Source of the DNA: Gammaproteobacteria bacterium
Lineage (GTDB): Bacteria > Pseudomonadota > Gammaproteobacteria > Eutrophobiales > Eutrophobiaceae
Length of the DNA stretch: 64,000 nt
NCBI GenBank assembly: GCA_028281365.1
Contig: JANQJZ010000048.1
Coordinates: forward strand, 5,238-69,237
Reading direction: 5' to 3'
In this document: one piece after another, positions 33,657-41,828 of the stretch
How positions within the stretch are numbered: position 1 is the stretch's first letter
Layout: each line of letters begins with the position of its first letter
Position numbers and translations under genes: made by a program
Notes under the pieces: generated by a model
The model's input: the letters and a program-made list of their open reading frames with translations, nothing else
The model's database searches: none
Told to the model about the DNA's origin: nothing

Positions 33657-34184
33657 AAGGGCTCTGACCCCTTTAACTTTTTACCCCTTTAACTTTTAAC
33701 TACCTTACCCCTTTAACTACCTTCCTTTAACTCATTCAGATCAGAAATGCCTGTACTAAATAATATACAATGATAATTAATAAATACAAAAATAAAAATA
33801 GATGTACGAAAAAATACTCTTTTGCTAGTTTTTTAATCTCTTTATATACATCATCATCAAAATCATTGTTTTTATAAAAAAAAGGAACCCTAAATAAAAA
33901 AAGTTTATCTGAAAAATTCAACTTTAGATCACGATTTTTTATGATTTTATCTACCCTATACTGATGTATTACTGTATAAACAATAATTATCGCTATAAAT
34001 ATGTGAAATATATATGGAAATAAAATTATTTCTTCAAATAATTTCATAAATTAATTCCTATTAATAGTAATTAAAATGGAGATAAAGTCCCACATACAGC
34101 CCCAGCAACTAAAATCACAGCGCCATATGCAAAACCTTGTGCAGTTGTTTGTGCTATTAACAATTTTAAGGGGTCAGAGCCCTT
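33657..34184. mobile_element. small cassette bounded by 17-bp inverted repeats (REP/MITE-like)
   Basis: AAGGGCTCTGACCCCTT (33657-33673) and its exact reverse complement (34168-34184); decayed ACCCCTTTAACT copies at 33683, 33707 and 33724. Confidence 0.6.
33736..34047 (-). CDS. small two-TM hypothetical protein, very AT-rich
   Basis: 103 aa, hydrophobic N- and C-terminal segments, AGGAA RBS; lies inside the inverted-repeat cassette. Confidence 0.7.
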   Translation of the reverse strand: MKLFEEIILFPYIFHIFIAIIIVYTVIHQYRVDKIIKNRDLKLNFSDKLFLFRVPFFYKNNDFDDDVYKEIKKLAKEYFFVHLFLFLYLLIIIVYYLVQAFLI

Positions 34185-34188
34185 TAAT

Positions 34189-34476
34189 CTATTTTTTAGT
34201 TGCACGGCGGCGGCGTGCTTCTTTTGGGTCAACTTGTAACGGTCGATATATCTCCACGCGATCACCATCTTCCAGGATGTAATCCGGATTTTGTATTTTG
34301 CTGTACACACCAACTTTATTAACGTTTAGATCTATTTCGGGATACAGGGATAAAACATCTGACTTCCTGATTGCATCTTCAATACTGCTTCCTGTTGGAA
34401 CCTCGAGTTTTACAACATGCTGACTTTCAGGGTTAATGTAGACGAGTTCGATCTGAATCGTTTCATTTTGTGCCAT
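34189..34476 (-). CDS. rnfH: RnfH/RatB ubiquitin-like protein
   Basis: VGVYSK...GDRVEIYRPLQVDPKEARRRRA. Confidence 0.93.
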   Translation of the reverse strand: MAQNETIQIELVYINPESQHVVKLEVPTGSSIEDAIRKSDVLSLYPEIDLNVNKVGVYSKIQNPDYILEDGDRVEIYRPLQVDPKEARRRRATKK

Positions 34477-34903
34477 AGATCATCCGGGCGCGTTCAACAA
34501 AGGCATCAACCAATGAATCAATTATTTTCTGAAATGCTGTACCTAGCGTGTGTTTAACCAACTTGTTCTTGAATTCAAAATTCATATCCAGCATTACTGA
34601 ACAGCCGCCATTATTATTTTCCTTAAACTGCCAGTGACCACTTAATTCCTTAAACGGTCCTTTCACAAGGTTCATGGATATTGAACTATTCGGTTCCATC
34701 GTATTGGCTGTTGTAAAAGTTTGTTTAATCTTGCCTACCGCGATTGAAACAGACGCCGTCAATGCATTGTCATTGTTTTCCAATACATTCGTTGCGGTAC
34801 ACCAGGGAAGGAAATCCGGATACGACTCAATATCATTGACCAATGAATACATTTGATTAGCACTATACTCAACAGTGGCTTGTTTATTAATGTGTGTCAC
34901 CAC
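34463..34903 (-). CDS. ratA: RatA/PasT (Coq10-like START domain) protein
   Basis: MYSLVNDIESYPDFLPWC, GPFKELSGHWQF, VDAFVERA; GTG start. Confidence 0.92.
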   Translation of the reverse strand: MVTHINKQATVEYSANQMYSLVNDIESYPDFLPWCTATNVLENNDNALTASVSIAVGKIKQTFTTANTMEPNSSISMNLVKGPFKELSGHWQFKENNNGGCSVMLDMNFEFKNKLVKHTLGTAFQKIIDSLVDAFVERARMIYGTK

Positions 34904-34914
34904 AACAACCCTGT

Positions 34915-36327
34915 TTAATTAACCAGTCCTATTAACTTGAACAAACCGATGGCATTCAGGAAAATAATTATCACACCGAATGGTGCAATATAACGTACAG
35001 CAAAACGCCAGGATTGATACAACAAACTATCGCCCAATCCGAGTTCATCAATCGTTGATTTACGCGCCATTAACCATGCAGTAAATATGGCAATCAATAA
35101 ACCACCTATTGGCAACATGACATTCGAGGTCAAAATATCGAAGATATCAAACATACCGTTCTCTTTAACCACTCCGGCAAACTCAAACGAGAAGGCCCAG
35201 TAATTAAATGATAATACGGTAATCAAACCCAATAACCAGCCAATTACGCCGGCTAATGCCGTCGCCTTGACACGAGACATGTTTTTGTTTTCAACCAGCC
35301 AGGTTACTGCAGGTTCCAGTAAAGAAATGGCGGAGGTCCATGCAGCAAACATCAATAAGACAAAAAACAAAGTACCGAAAAAAGTACCGAACGGCATCTG
35401 CCCAAAGGCAATCGGTAGTGACATAAAGATTAAACCCGGGCCACCTCCAGGTTCTAATCCATAGGTAAACACGATTGGAAAAATGGCGATACCGGCAAGC
35501 ATAGCCACAGTCGTATCCGCGATTGCAATCGTAAAACTATTGAATGTGATCGATGATCGTTGTGACAGATACGATCCATAGATCATGATCGCACCCATAC
35601 CGATACTTAAACTAAAAAAAGCCTGTCCAAGAGCGGGTAATAAAATATCGGCAAAAAAGTTTTTTTCAGCAAGCTGTTCAAAATTCGGCACAAATAAATA
35701 ATTAATGCCATCCATAAACTTTTCCGTACTCATCGCATAGCCAACCATGACCAGTAACAGGATGAACAGTGCCGGCATTAAAAATCGTACTGCCTGTTCC
35801 AGACCGCTTTTTACCCCACGCGAAACAACGATCACTGTCATCAACATGAAAGTGGTATGCCAGGCAAGTAGTTTTTCCGGATCGGAAATGAGTTCGACAA
35901 AGATCTTTTTAGAATACGTCGCATCAGCATCAATAAACAGACCGGAACCGGTCCTGAAGATATAGGCCACGGTCCAGCCCGCTATAACACTATAATAAGA
36001 AAGGATAATAAAACCGGCAGCTACGCCCATCCAACCCAGCAAGCTCCAGTACCGGCTAAGCCCCTCTTCTTCTGCCAATGCATACATTGTATTAATGGGG
36101 CTTTGACGACCCCGACGTCCGACCAGGATTTCAGCCATTAAAATAGGAATACCGACCATCAATACGCAGATCAGGTAGACCAGAACAAAGGCAGCACCGC
36201 CATTTTCACCAGTTAAATAGGGAAATCGCCAGATATTACCTAAACCAACAGCAGAGCCGGTTGCAGCAAGGATAAAGGCCCAACGGGAGGACCACTGACC
36301 ATGAATTGAGGAACGTTTTGCAGACAT
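34915..36327 (-). CDS. sodium-dependent transporter (NSS family)
   Basis: GSAVGLGNIWRFPY, GQAFFSLSIG, GPGLIF. Confidence 0.95.
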   Translation of the reverse strand: MSAKRSSIHGQWSSRWAFILAATGSAVGLGNIWRFPYLTGENGGAAFVLVYLICVLMVGIPILMAEILVGRRGRQSPINTMYALAEEEGLSRYWSLLGWMGVAAGFIILSYYSVIAGWTVAYIFRTGSGLFIDADATYSKKIFVELISDPEKLLAWHTTFMLMTVIVVSRGVKSGLEQAVRFLMPALFILLLVMVGYAMSTEKFMDGINYLFVPNFEQLAEKNFFADILLPALGQAFFSLSIGMGAIMIYGSYLSQRSSITFNSFTIAIADTTVAMLAGIAIFPIVFTYGLEPGGGPGLIFMSLPIAFGQMPFGTFFGTLFFVLLMFAAWTSAISLLEPAVTWLVENKNMSRVKATALAGVIGWLLGLITVLSFNYWAFSFEFAGVVKENGMFDIFDILTSNVMLPIGGLLIAIFTAWLMARKSTIDELGLGDSLLYQSWRFAVRYIAPFGVIIIFLNAIGLFKLIGLVN

Positions 36328-36618
36328 TTTTAGCTCATTTTTAGGTTTATTGTCCGTGAATTTACATCGTCCGACAAGCTTGCCCCGCCAAGCTATTTTG
36401 TTTCAGCCTGCAAAAAAGTAAAAGGTATTAACCCTGACGACAACAGCTTTTGTAAGAACTTTATAAACTTCGTCAATGCACAACTGGAAAAATAAACTCA
36501 GGCTGAACACGTTTAAACATAGTTGCCTTCAACTCATCAGCCACTCCGATATAGACCATTACAGAATGCATAGTCCTGTTATAATCCGCCGGATTATTGA
36601 TCGGGACACGATATATTA

Positions 36619-37089
36619 ATGAGTAAAAACAAACCGGCTGGCGGAGGCAAAACTATCGCGCTCAATAAAAAGGCCCGTCATGATTATTTTATTGAAGAGC
36701 GTTATGAAGCTGGCATCTCCCTGCAGGGTTGGGAGGTCAAGAGCTTGCGTGCGGGTAAAGTCCAGATCATCGATAGTTATATCCTGCTAAAGGACAGCGA
36801 AGCCTACTTGTTTGGTGCCCTGATTACGCCATTACCTACCGCATCTACCCACACTAATCCCGACCCACAACGCACACGAAAACTGCTATTGCACAGGGCG
36901 GAGTTAAATAAACTTATTGGTGCCGTTGAACGCAAAGGCTTTGCGCTGATACCAACAGCACTGTATTGGAAAAACAGTAAGGTCAAACTTGAGATTGGCA
37001 TCGCCCGCGGCAAGAAGTCACATGATAAGCGCGAAACAGAAAAAGAACGCGACTGGCAACGGCAAAAAGCCAGGTTGATGAGACACTAG
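36619..37089 (+). CDS. smpB: SsrA-binding protein
   Basis: [39 protein letters not shown]. Confidence 0.98.
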   Translation: MSKNKPAGGGKTIALNKKARHDYFIEERYEAGISLQGWEVKSLRAGKVQIIDSYILLKDSEAYLFGALITPLPTASTHTNPDPQRTRKLLLHRAELNKLIGAVERKGFALIPTALYWKNSKVKLEIGIARGKKSHDKRETEKERDWQRQKARLMRH

Positions 37090-37229
37090 TTCAGGACAAT
37101 TAGTTTTATTAGTTTTACTGATAAATCAAATCATTTTTTTTCATATTTTCACCAGGAACAATCCCTGACCACTCCTGTCATATCGAGCACAACTTTTTAA
37201 TTTATGATTACATACAGGAGAAAGAAAAG

Positions 37230-37457
37230 ATGAAAGAAGCATTTTTAGCGGGATTATTGGCAATGAGTGCAAATGCAGATAACAATGACATTAATATTAA
37301 ACAGGTTGTAACACCTTTAAGTGTTGGATCTGAAAGCGAACAGCATACATTGCTACGCCAAACGTATCATTATGCTGATTTTTCACTAACAGCGGATGGT
37401 ACCAAAGCAGGTAAACCACACATTGTTCGTCACCTATTAAGCCCAACCGGAAGCTAA
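37230..37457 (+). CDS. small hypothetical protein, possibly exported
   Basis: AGGAGA RBS; short hydrophobic N-terminus ending in ANA; followed by a strong hairpin. Confidence 0.6.
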   Translation: MKEAFLAGLLAMSANADNNDINIKQVVTPLSVGSESEQHTLLRQTYHYADFSLTADGTKAGKPHIVRHLLSPTGS

Positions 37458-37464
37458 GCTGTTT

Positions 37465-37486
37465 GGAGTGGGCGTAAGCCCACTCC
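37465..37486 (+). terminator. GC-rich hairpin with GNRA loop after the small ORF
   Basis: GGAGTGGGC-GTAA-GCCCACTCC; U tract is weak. Confidence 0.55.
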
Positions 37487-37633
37487 TGATATTAATCGTA
37501 CTAATCTCCAGCCATTATTTTTTTCAATCATCGTTATTAAAAAATTTCATCCCTGCAAACAGGAACCCGGTTTTTTCGTTCATTGTCCAATACATTATTT
37601 AACTGAACCCGAATTTAAACCCGGAGAAATAAC

Positions 37634-37759
37634 ATGATTGAATTCTTTTTAAACAGGCTGTTTGCCGAGACTTCGCTTGTTTGTGAAAGTAATGGGTCAA
37701 ACCAAAATGACACAGACGACGAAGATACCACCATACCGCCTTATGAAGATACCCAATAA
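37634..37759 (+). CDS. 41-aa acidic small protein (not in the ORF track)
   Basis: GGAGA RBS 6 nt before ATG; MIEFFLNRLFAETSLVCESNGSNQNDTDDEDTTIPPYEDTQ*. Confidence 0.45.
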   Translation: MIEFFLNRLFAETSLVCESNGSNQNDTDDEDTTIPPYEDTQ

Positions 37760-37852
37760 TTGGCTGTACACTCTTTAAAAATCTGTCCCGGCATCAATAT
37801 ATAAAGGTAGATGAATAGTCTATAATTTACCCTTCTTCAGGAAATCGATTTC

Positions 37853-38215
37853 GGGGGCGTACTGGCTTCGACGTGGATACGAAACCTGAGGGGCATGCCG
37901 AGGCGCAGATTACCTCGTAAACACAACTGCAAATTTAATAGTTGCCAACGAAGACAACTACGCACTAGCTGCTTAATAACCAGTCATAGTGCCGTCTGCC
38001 TACTGTAGTGCTTGTGCTCGGTAGAACAGGCGTCGACTCACACAAGACCGCGATGAAGCTTGTCCGAGGTAGATTCGTTAAACTTTAATCGGAATCGCTG
38101 TTTGTTTTCCCTGCCGTTCGGGTAGCACTCAGTTAAATTTAAAGAGTCGGCTAAGCATGTAGATCCGATGGCAGAGGATTTGCGGACGCGGGTTCAATTC
38201 CCGCCGCCTCCACCA
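37853..38215 (+). ncRNA. ssrA: tmRNA
   Basis: 5' GGGGGCG pairs with 3' CGCCTCC-ACCA with a G3.U wobble; T-arm GGGTTCAATTCCC; tag ANEDNYALAA* at 37944-37976; TATAAT at 37821; smpB upstream. Confidence 0.98.
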
Positions 38216-38220
38216 AAAAT

Positions 38221-38254
38221 ATAAAACCTCCTATACGGAGGTTTTTTATTTTTT
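38221..38254 (+). terminator. ssrA intrinsic terminator
   Basis: AAAACCTCC-tatac-GGAGGTTTT followed by a T run. Confidence 0.85.
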
Positions 38255-38593
38255 ACGGCCGGGATTGAGCCCTTGTAGCGGGCCGCATAAATGGATTAGC
38301 GGTACGATTACATGGATGTAATCGGTAGAGTCGAGTCTGGAAGTGCGCAGCCTGCCCTTGGGTACAGAGACCGAGAAAACGTCGGGAAGTGCGTAGCCTG
38401 CCCTTGGGTACACGTTTTCGAAAAAGTAAAATCAACCTAGGAATTTAAATGGAGGTAAATTATAGATGACCGGGAGCGACCAGCAAAGGACGTGCGCGGT
38501 AGAAAATGCAGGAGCATATTTTCGAGGATGTTATACGCTAACTAGAGATTTAAACGGAGGTTAATTTATGGATGGCCGGGAGCGAACCCGCCT
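38237..38593. repeat. repeat cluster after ssrA: three degenerate inverted copies of the tmRNA 3' end and a 28-bp direct repeat
   Basis: GGAGGT...CCGGGA..(A)CC units at ~38237-38272, 38437-38481, 38542-38592; GGAAGTGCG(C/T)AGCCTGCCCTTGGGTACA at 38339-38366 and 38385-38412. Confidence 0.7.
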
Positions 38594-38623
38594 ATGTATG
38601 AAAATTAATTTTATAAATATCCA

Positions 38624-39277
38624 CTATAGTCTAATTATCGACTCTATTATTACTAATAATATTATAAATATAATGAGTGAAATTCGATATTTACACATAA
38701 AAATTTTGATTTTAAAAAATGAACCTTTGACTTCATAGATAATTTCACTAATTGTTGAATATTTATCATGTAAACATACACAAGAATTTTCAACTTTATT
38801 TACAGTTTCAGTTAATTCACTAAGAAATTCATTAATTATTGTGTGTCTTTCATTACGATTTTTAATATGTGCGTTTTCAATATTCAATGTTAATCTAAAT
38901 TTTAATTTTGAAATATCCTCTGTACTTAAAACATTTAATTCATAATCTTTTAATATTTTCGCATACAACTCTATATTTGAAAGATCGTATAAAAATTTAC
39001 GTAATTGAATTCTATTCTTTTGTTTTTTATTGATTTTGCTTGTTATTTCTTCTGGTTTAGTTATTGATACTTCATTCCAAAATTTATAACCATCTTCACC
39101 AAGTTTCTTTAGAAGGTTAATTATTTTACTATGCAGATCCTTTTTTTCTACTCGAAAAAGGATTCGGTTTGAATTCCAAATAAAAATTAACCACCCAAAA
39201 ATAATTAAAGAAGGAATTATATTTGATGAAATAAGTTTATATGTTGAGCAAAATCCATTTATTAATAAATCTAACAT
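38624..39277 (-). CDS. hypothetical membrane protein (N- and C-terminal TM), very AT-rich
   Basis: 217 aa; IIPSLIIFGWLIFIW and ISLIIFIILLVII hydrophobic segments; last gene of a tight 3-gene operon. Confidence 0.75.
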   Translation of the reverse strand: MLDLLINGFCSTYKLISSNIIPSLIIFGWLIFIWNSNRILFRVEKKDLHSKIINLLKKLGEDGYKFWNEVSITKPEEITSKINKKQKNRIQLRKFLYDLSNIELYAKILKDYELNVLSTEDISKLKFRLTLNIENAHIKNRNERHTIINEFLSELTETVNKVENSCVCLHDKYSTISEIIYEVKGSFFKIKIFMCKYRISLIIFIILLVIIESIIRL

Positions 39278-39283
39278 TTCCTT

Positions 39284-39634
39284 TTATTCTGATTCTATTA
39301 AAGGAATATCTCTTTCAATACCATATGCAGCGTTATCTACGACATATTTATAATCTTCAAGGTAGGACTTAAGTTCATGTTTAAACGTAACTTTTGCAAG
39401 TAGCTCTTTTTTATTCATATAACCTCTTCTAATAATGCCACCAAAAGTTTCTTCAATAAAAGAAGGGCCACATAACACATCTTCAAAATCGACAATTACG
39501 TACTCGAAGTCATTCAAAGCAGGCATAATAAAGTCTTCTCTAAATCTTTGCCCATTGTCAGGACCATCTCTTGGATCTCTTCCGTAAGGATCTGTAGAAA
39601 AGTCACTCTTTACATTTATTTTTTTTGTCATCAT
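39284..39634 (-). CDS. STAS-like domain protein (DUF4325-like)
   Basis: GR...GP.NGQRFRE, VIVDFEDV..GPSFIEETFGG pattern typical of stand-alone STAS-like proteins. Confidence 0.75.
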   Translation of the reverse strand: MMTKKINVKSDFSTDPYGRDPRDGPDNGQRFREDFIMPALNDFEYVIVDFEDVLCGPSFIEETFGGIIRRGYMNKKELLAKVTFKHELKSYLEDYKYVVDNAAYGIERDIPLIESE

Positions 39635-39637
39635 TTC

Positions 39638-40696
39638 TTATTTGCGTTCTGTACTGCTGGGAAGTGAAATATTCCATTGTATAAGAGTACCATTAATAGA
39701 GTGTTTCGAGTCGTACATAGTTTCAGATTTTTTGTTTACACTGACATTATCATAAAGATAAGTTCCTTTATTACTGAATATCCATAGTAAACCTTGAGGG
39801 TTATTTTTTGCAAATCTCATAATTCTATCAAGACCGGTTCCTCTGCCACTACCTTCCTGTTCATAACGTGATCTTCTAAACTCTGTTGCTGCTTTAATCA
39901 TAGCACAGTCATTCCCTAACGGTAGAAATTCTGAAACTATTCCTCTCACTTTTTCATAACCTGATTGCTTTGGTAATGTGACAGGAATTCCATGGCCTAA
40001 ATCATATAGTGCAATATGAATTTGATCATTAATTTGATGCCCAAGTACCCACCATCTTTCACCAAATAACCTTAAAAATTTATCTTCAAAATCCTCGTAA
40101 GCATGATTAGTAATGTTTAATAAAGCTTCATGAATTGCTTGATACACAACATTTCTTTTTTCTAAATCCGCTTCTAGCTCACCAGAGTAAAATGTTTTAT
40201 CCATATCAGTAACAACTTTATTGACAGAATGACCTGCATCATGCGCAACACCAGTTCTAATTGGAAGTAAATTTGGAATCGTAATTGCTTCATCAGATAT
40301 ATCTACATCTTCTCTCAAAAAACCTAATGAACTTAATAACTCGTTATGTAAAGGATCTTTTACGTTTATGTATCTAAATCTAACACCTTTATTAAACTGC
40401 TTAATTACCGAAACTGTAGAATGTAAACACAAAGTTGCAGCTGCTGTAATACTTGTTGTATTAACAAAATTAAGTATTATCAAATCAACATCATGTGAAT
40501 TAAAACTTTTAATTTTATTAATAAACCGAAGTGTTTTATCAGCACTTTTTCTGTTATAGAGCGAGAAATCAACAGGTGCTAGAAAAGAATGGCTACGTAT
40601 TATATTTTTTTTATGCTTTGCTTTTTTACTTCTCTTTTGTTCATTCCTTTGTTGTCTAATTACCCATTCTTGTACATCAGGATTAATTTTTTTCAT
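39638..40696 (-). CDS. STAS-like plus GHKL (HATPase_c) ATPase/kinase
   Basis: IILNFVNTTSITAAA (STAS-like); N-box EALLNITNHAY; G1 YDLGHGIP; G2 GRGTGL; terminal GTLIQW. Confidence 0.75.
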   Translation of the reverse strand: MKKINPDVQEWVIRQQRNEQKRSKKAKHKKNIIRSHSFLAPVDFSLYNRKSADKTLRFINKIKSFNSHDVDLIILNFVNTTSITAAATLCLHSTVSVIKQFNKGVRFRYINVKDPLHNELLSSLGFLREDVDISDEAITIPNLLPIRTGVAHDAGHSVNKVVTDMDKTFYSGELEADLEKRNVVYQAIHEALLNITNHAYEDFEDKFLRLFGERWWVLGHQINDQIHIALYDLGHGIPVTLPKQSGYEKVRGIVSEFLPLGNDCAMIKAATEFRRSRYEQEGSGRGTGLDRIMRFAKNNPQGLLWIFSNKGTYLYDNVSVNKKSETMYDSKHSINGTLIQWNISLPSSTERK

Positions 40697-40810
40697 TTAA
40701 ATATCCATATTTATCAGCACAATTTATATATTCATATACTGTATTATGAAACATATTATCAATGATTTTAATATTTATATTAAATAAAATTCAGAATGAA
40801 TCGTATTTCT

Positions 40811-41647
40811 TTAAATTTCAGAAATAATCACTTTAAACTCATCCTTATATTTATTAATTTCGCGTTTTAAATAGCGACTTTGCTCATCTGTTCGTGCATT
40901 TACAACCTTCGCGATAACTAATTTAATTTGTTCTGTATTATGGTCGAGATAGGCATGGTATTTTTCCGTCCTTATTTTATCTCTTTCTTTATACGCATCA
41001 TTAAACTGTTGCTGCCAACCCGGTTCACGATTTAATAATTGCTCTAATGTTGCATACCACTGTTGTCGTTCTTCGAGCCAGGCCTGATCAAATCGTTTAA
41101 AGGATCGTGTTGCTGATTTAATAATGTCTTCCTGTTCATCAGTTAATGGCCCCAAAAATCGACCCAGATTATCACTAAGTCTTTCAGCGCTATCGTTTGA
41201 ATATTCTTCGTCGCTGCGACTCAGGTATTCTTCTTCATTTTCCTTTTGTTTCTCCCACAGATTCATTATTAAAGCTTCAACCTGCTCCTGAGATAAATCT
41301 TCAGTTGTTGTAATAAATAGTTGAATAAATTTATCATCGACCCGGCCTAGTGCGTCCAGTACCTGCTCAGTCCAATCATCAACAATCTTGGCATCGACTG
41401 GTTTTTCAATGTCCGTTTCAATTTGATCCAGGAATTCGATATAACGACTTAACTCTTCATTACGATGCCAACTTAGGACCGTATTCAGATTTTTATCAAA
41501 ATTTACCTGTTGTTCACGATCCAGCTCGACGAAGTCATCAACATACCAATTGATTAATGTATCCAGTCGATTATAAAAAAATGACTGGCTACAGCCGACG
41601 ATTAATAGAATGAATAAAAATGGGGCAAAAAATTTAATGTGCATCAA
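40811..41647 (-). CDS. lipoprotein (DUF6279-like)
   Basis: Lipobox LIVGC; FFYNRLD.LI.WYVDDFV.L...Q and WHR.EEL pattern; helical. Confidence 0.75.
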   Translation of the reverse strand: MMHIKFFAPFLFILLIVGCSQSFFYNRLDTLINWYVDDFVELDREQQVNFDKNLNTVLSWHRNEELSRYIEFLDQIETDIEKPVDAKIVDDWTEQVLDALGRVDDKFIQLFITTTEDLSQEQVEALIMNLWEKQKENEEEYLSRSDEEYSNDSAERLSDNLGRFLGPLTDEQEDIIKSATRSFKRFDQAWLEERQQWYATLEQLLNREPGWQQQFNDAYKERDKIRTEKYHAYLDHNTEQIKLVIAKVVNARTDEQSRYLKREINKYKDEFKVIISEI

Positions 41648-41828
41648 TGTCTAATTTTTTTAGTTTTCAATATGAGAATTAATTCACAATAGAGTTCAAA
41701 AATATGGTGTTTTTTTATAATTTTGGTTTGATATTTCATCGACATAGCTGAATTACTGCCTATACTTAACTATATATCTTGAGAAATTTAGTTATAGATG
41801 AACCTCTCCGTTTTTCAATTCTTTTCCT

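Noticed and set aside
34071-34313. 80-aa ORF containing KGSDPL as a real gene
   Set aside because: Its 5' half overlaps rnfH in another frame and reads through the inverted repeat; only the 3' part may be a gene remnant.
34915-36327. NSS transporter between ratA and smpB as a novel insertion
   Set aside because: I recall the same arrangement in other Gammaproteobacteria such as pseudomonads, and its composition matches the core genome.
38339-38412. 28-bp direct repeat pair as a possible CRISPR array
   Set aside because: Only two copies, an 18-bp spacer, and no cas genes or leader in the window.
38253-38435. 60-aa minus-strand ORF after ssrA
   Set aside because: Lies wholly within the palindromic repeat cluster; no RBS or recognisable motif.
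38216-41650. Prophage or integrative element at ssrA
   Set aside because: No integrase, phage genes or direct attR copy of the ssrA 3' end seen in the window.
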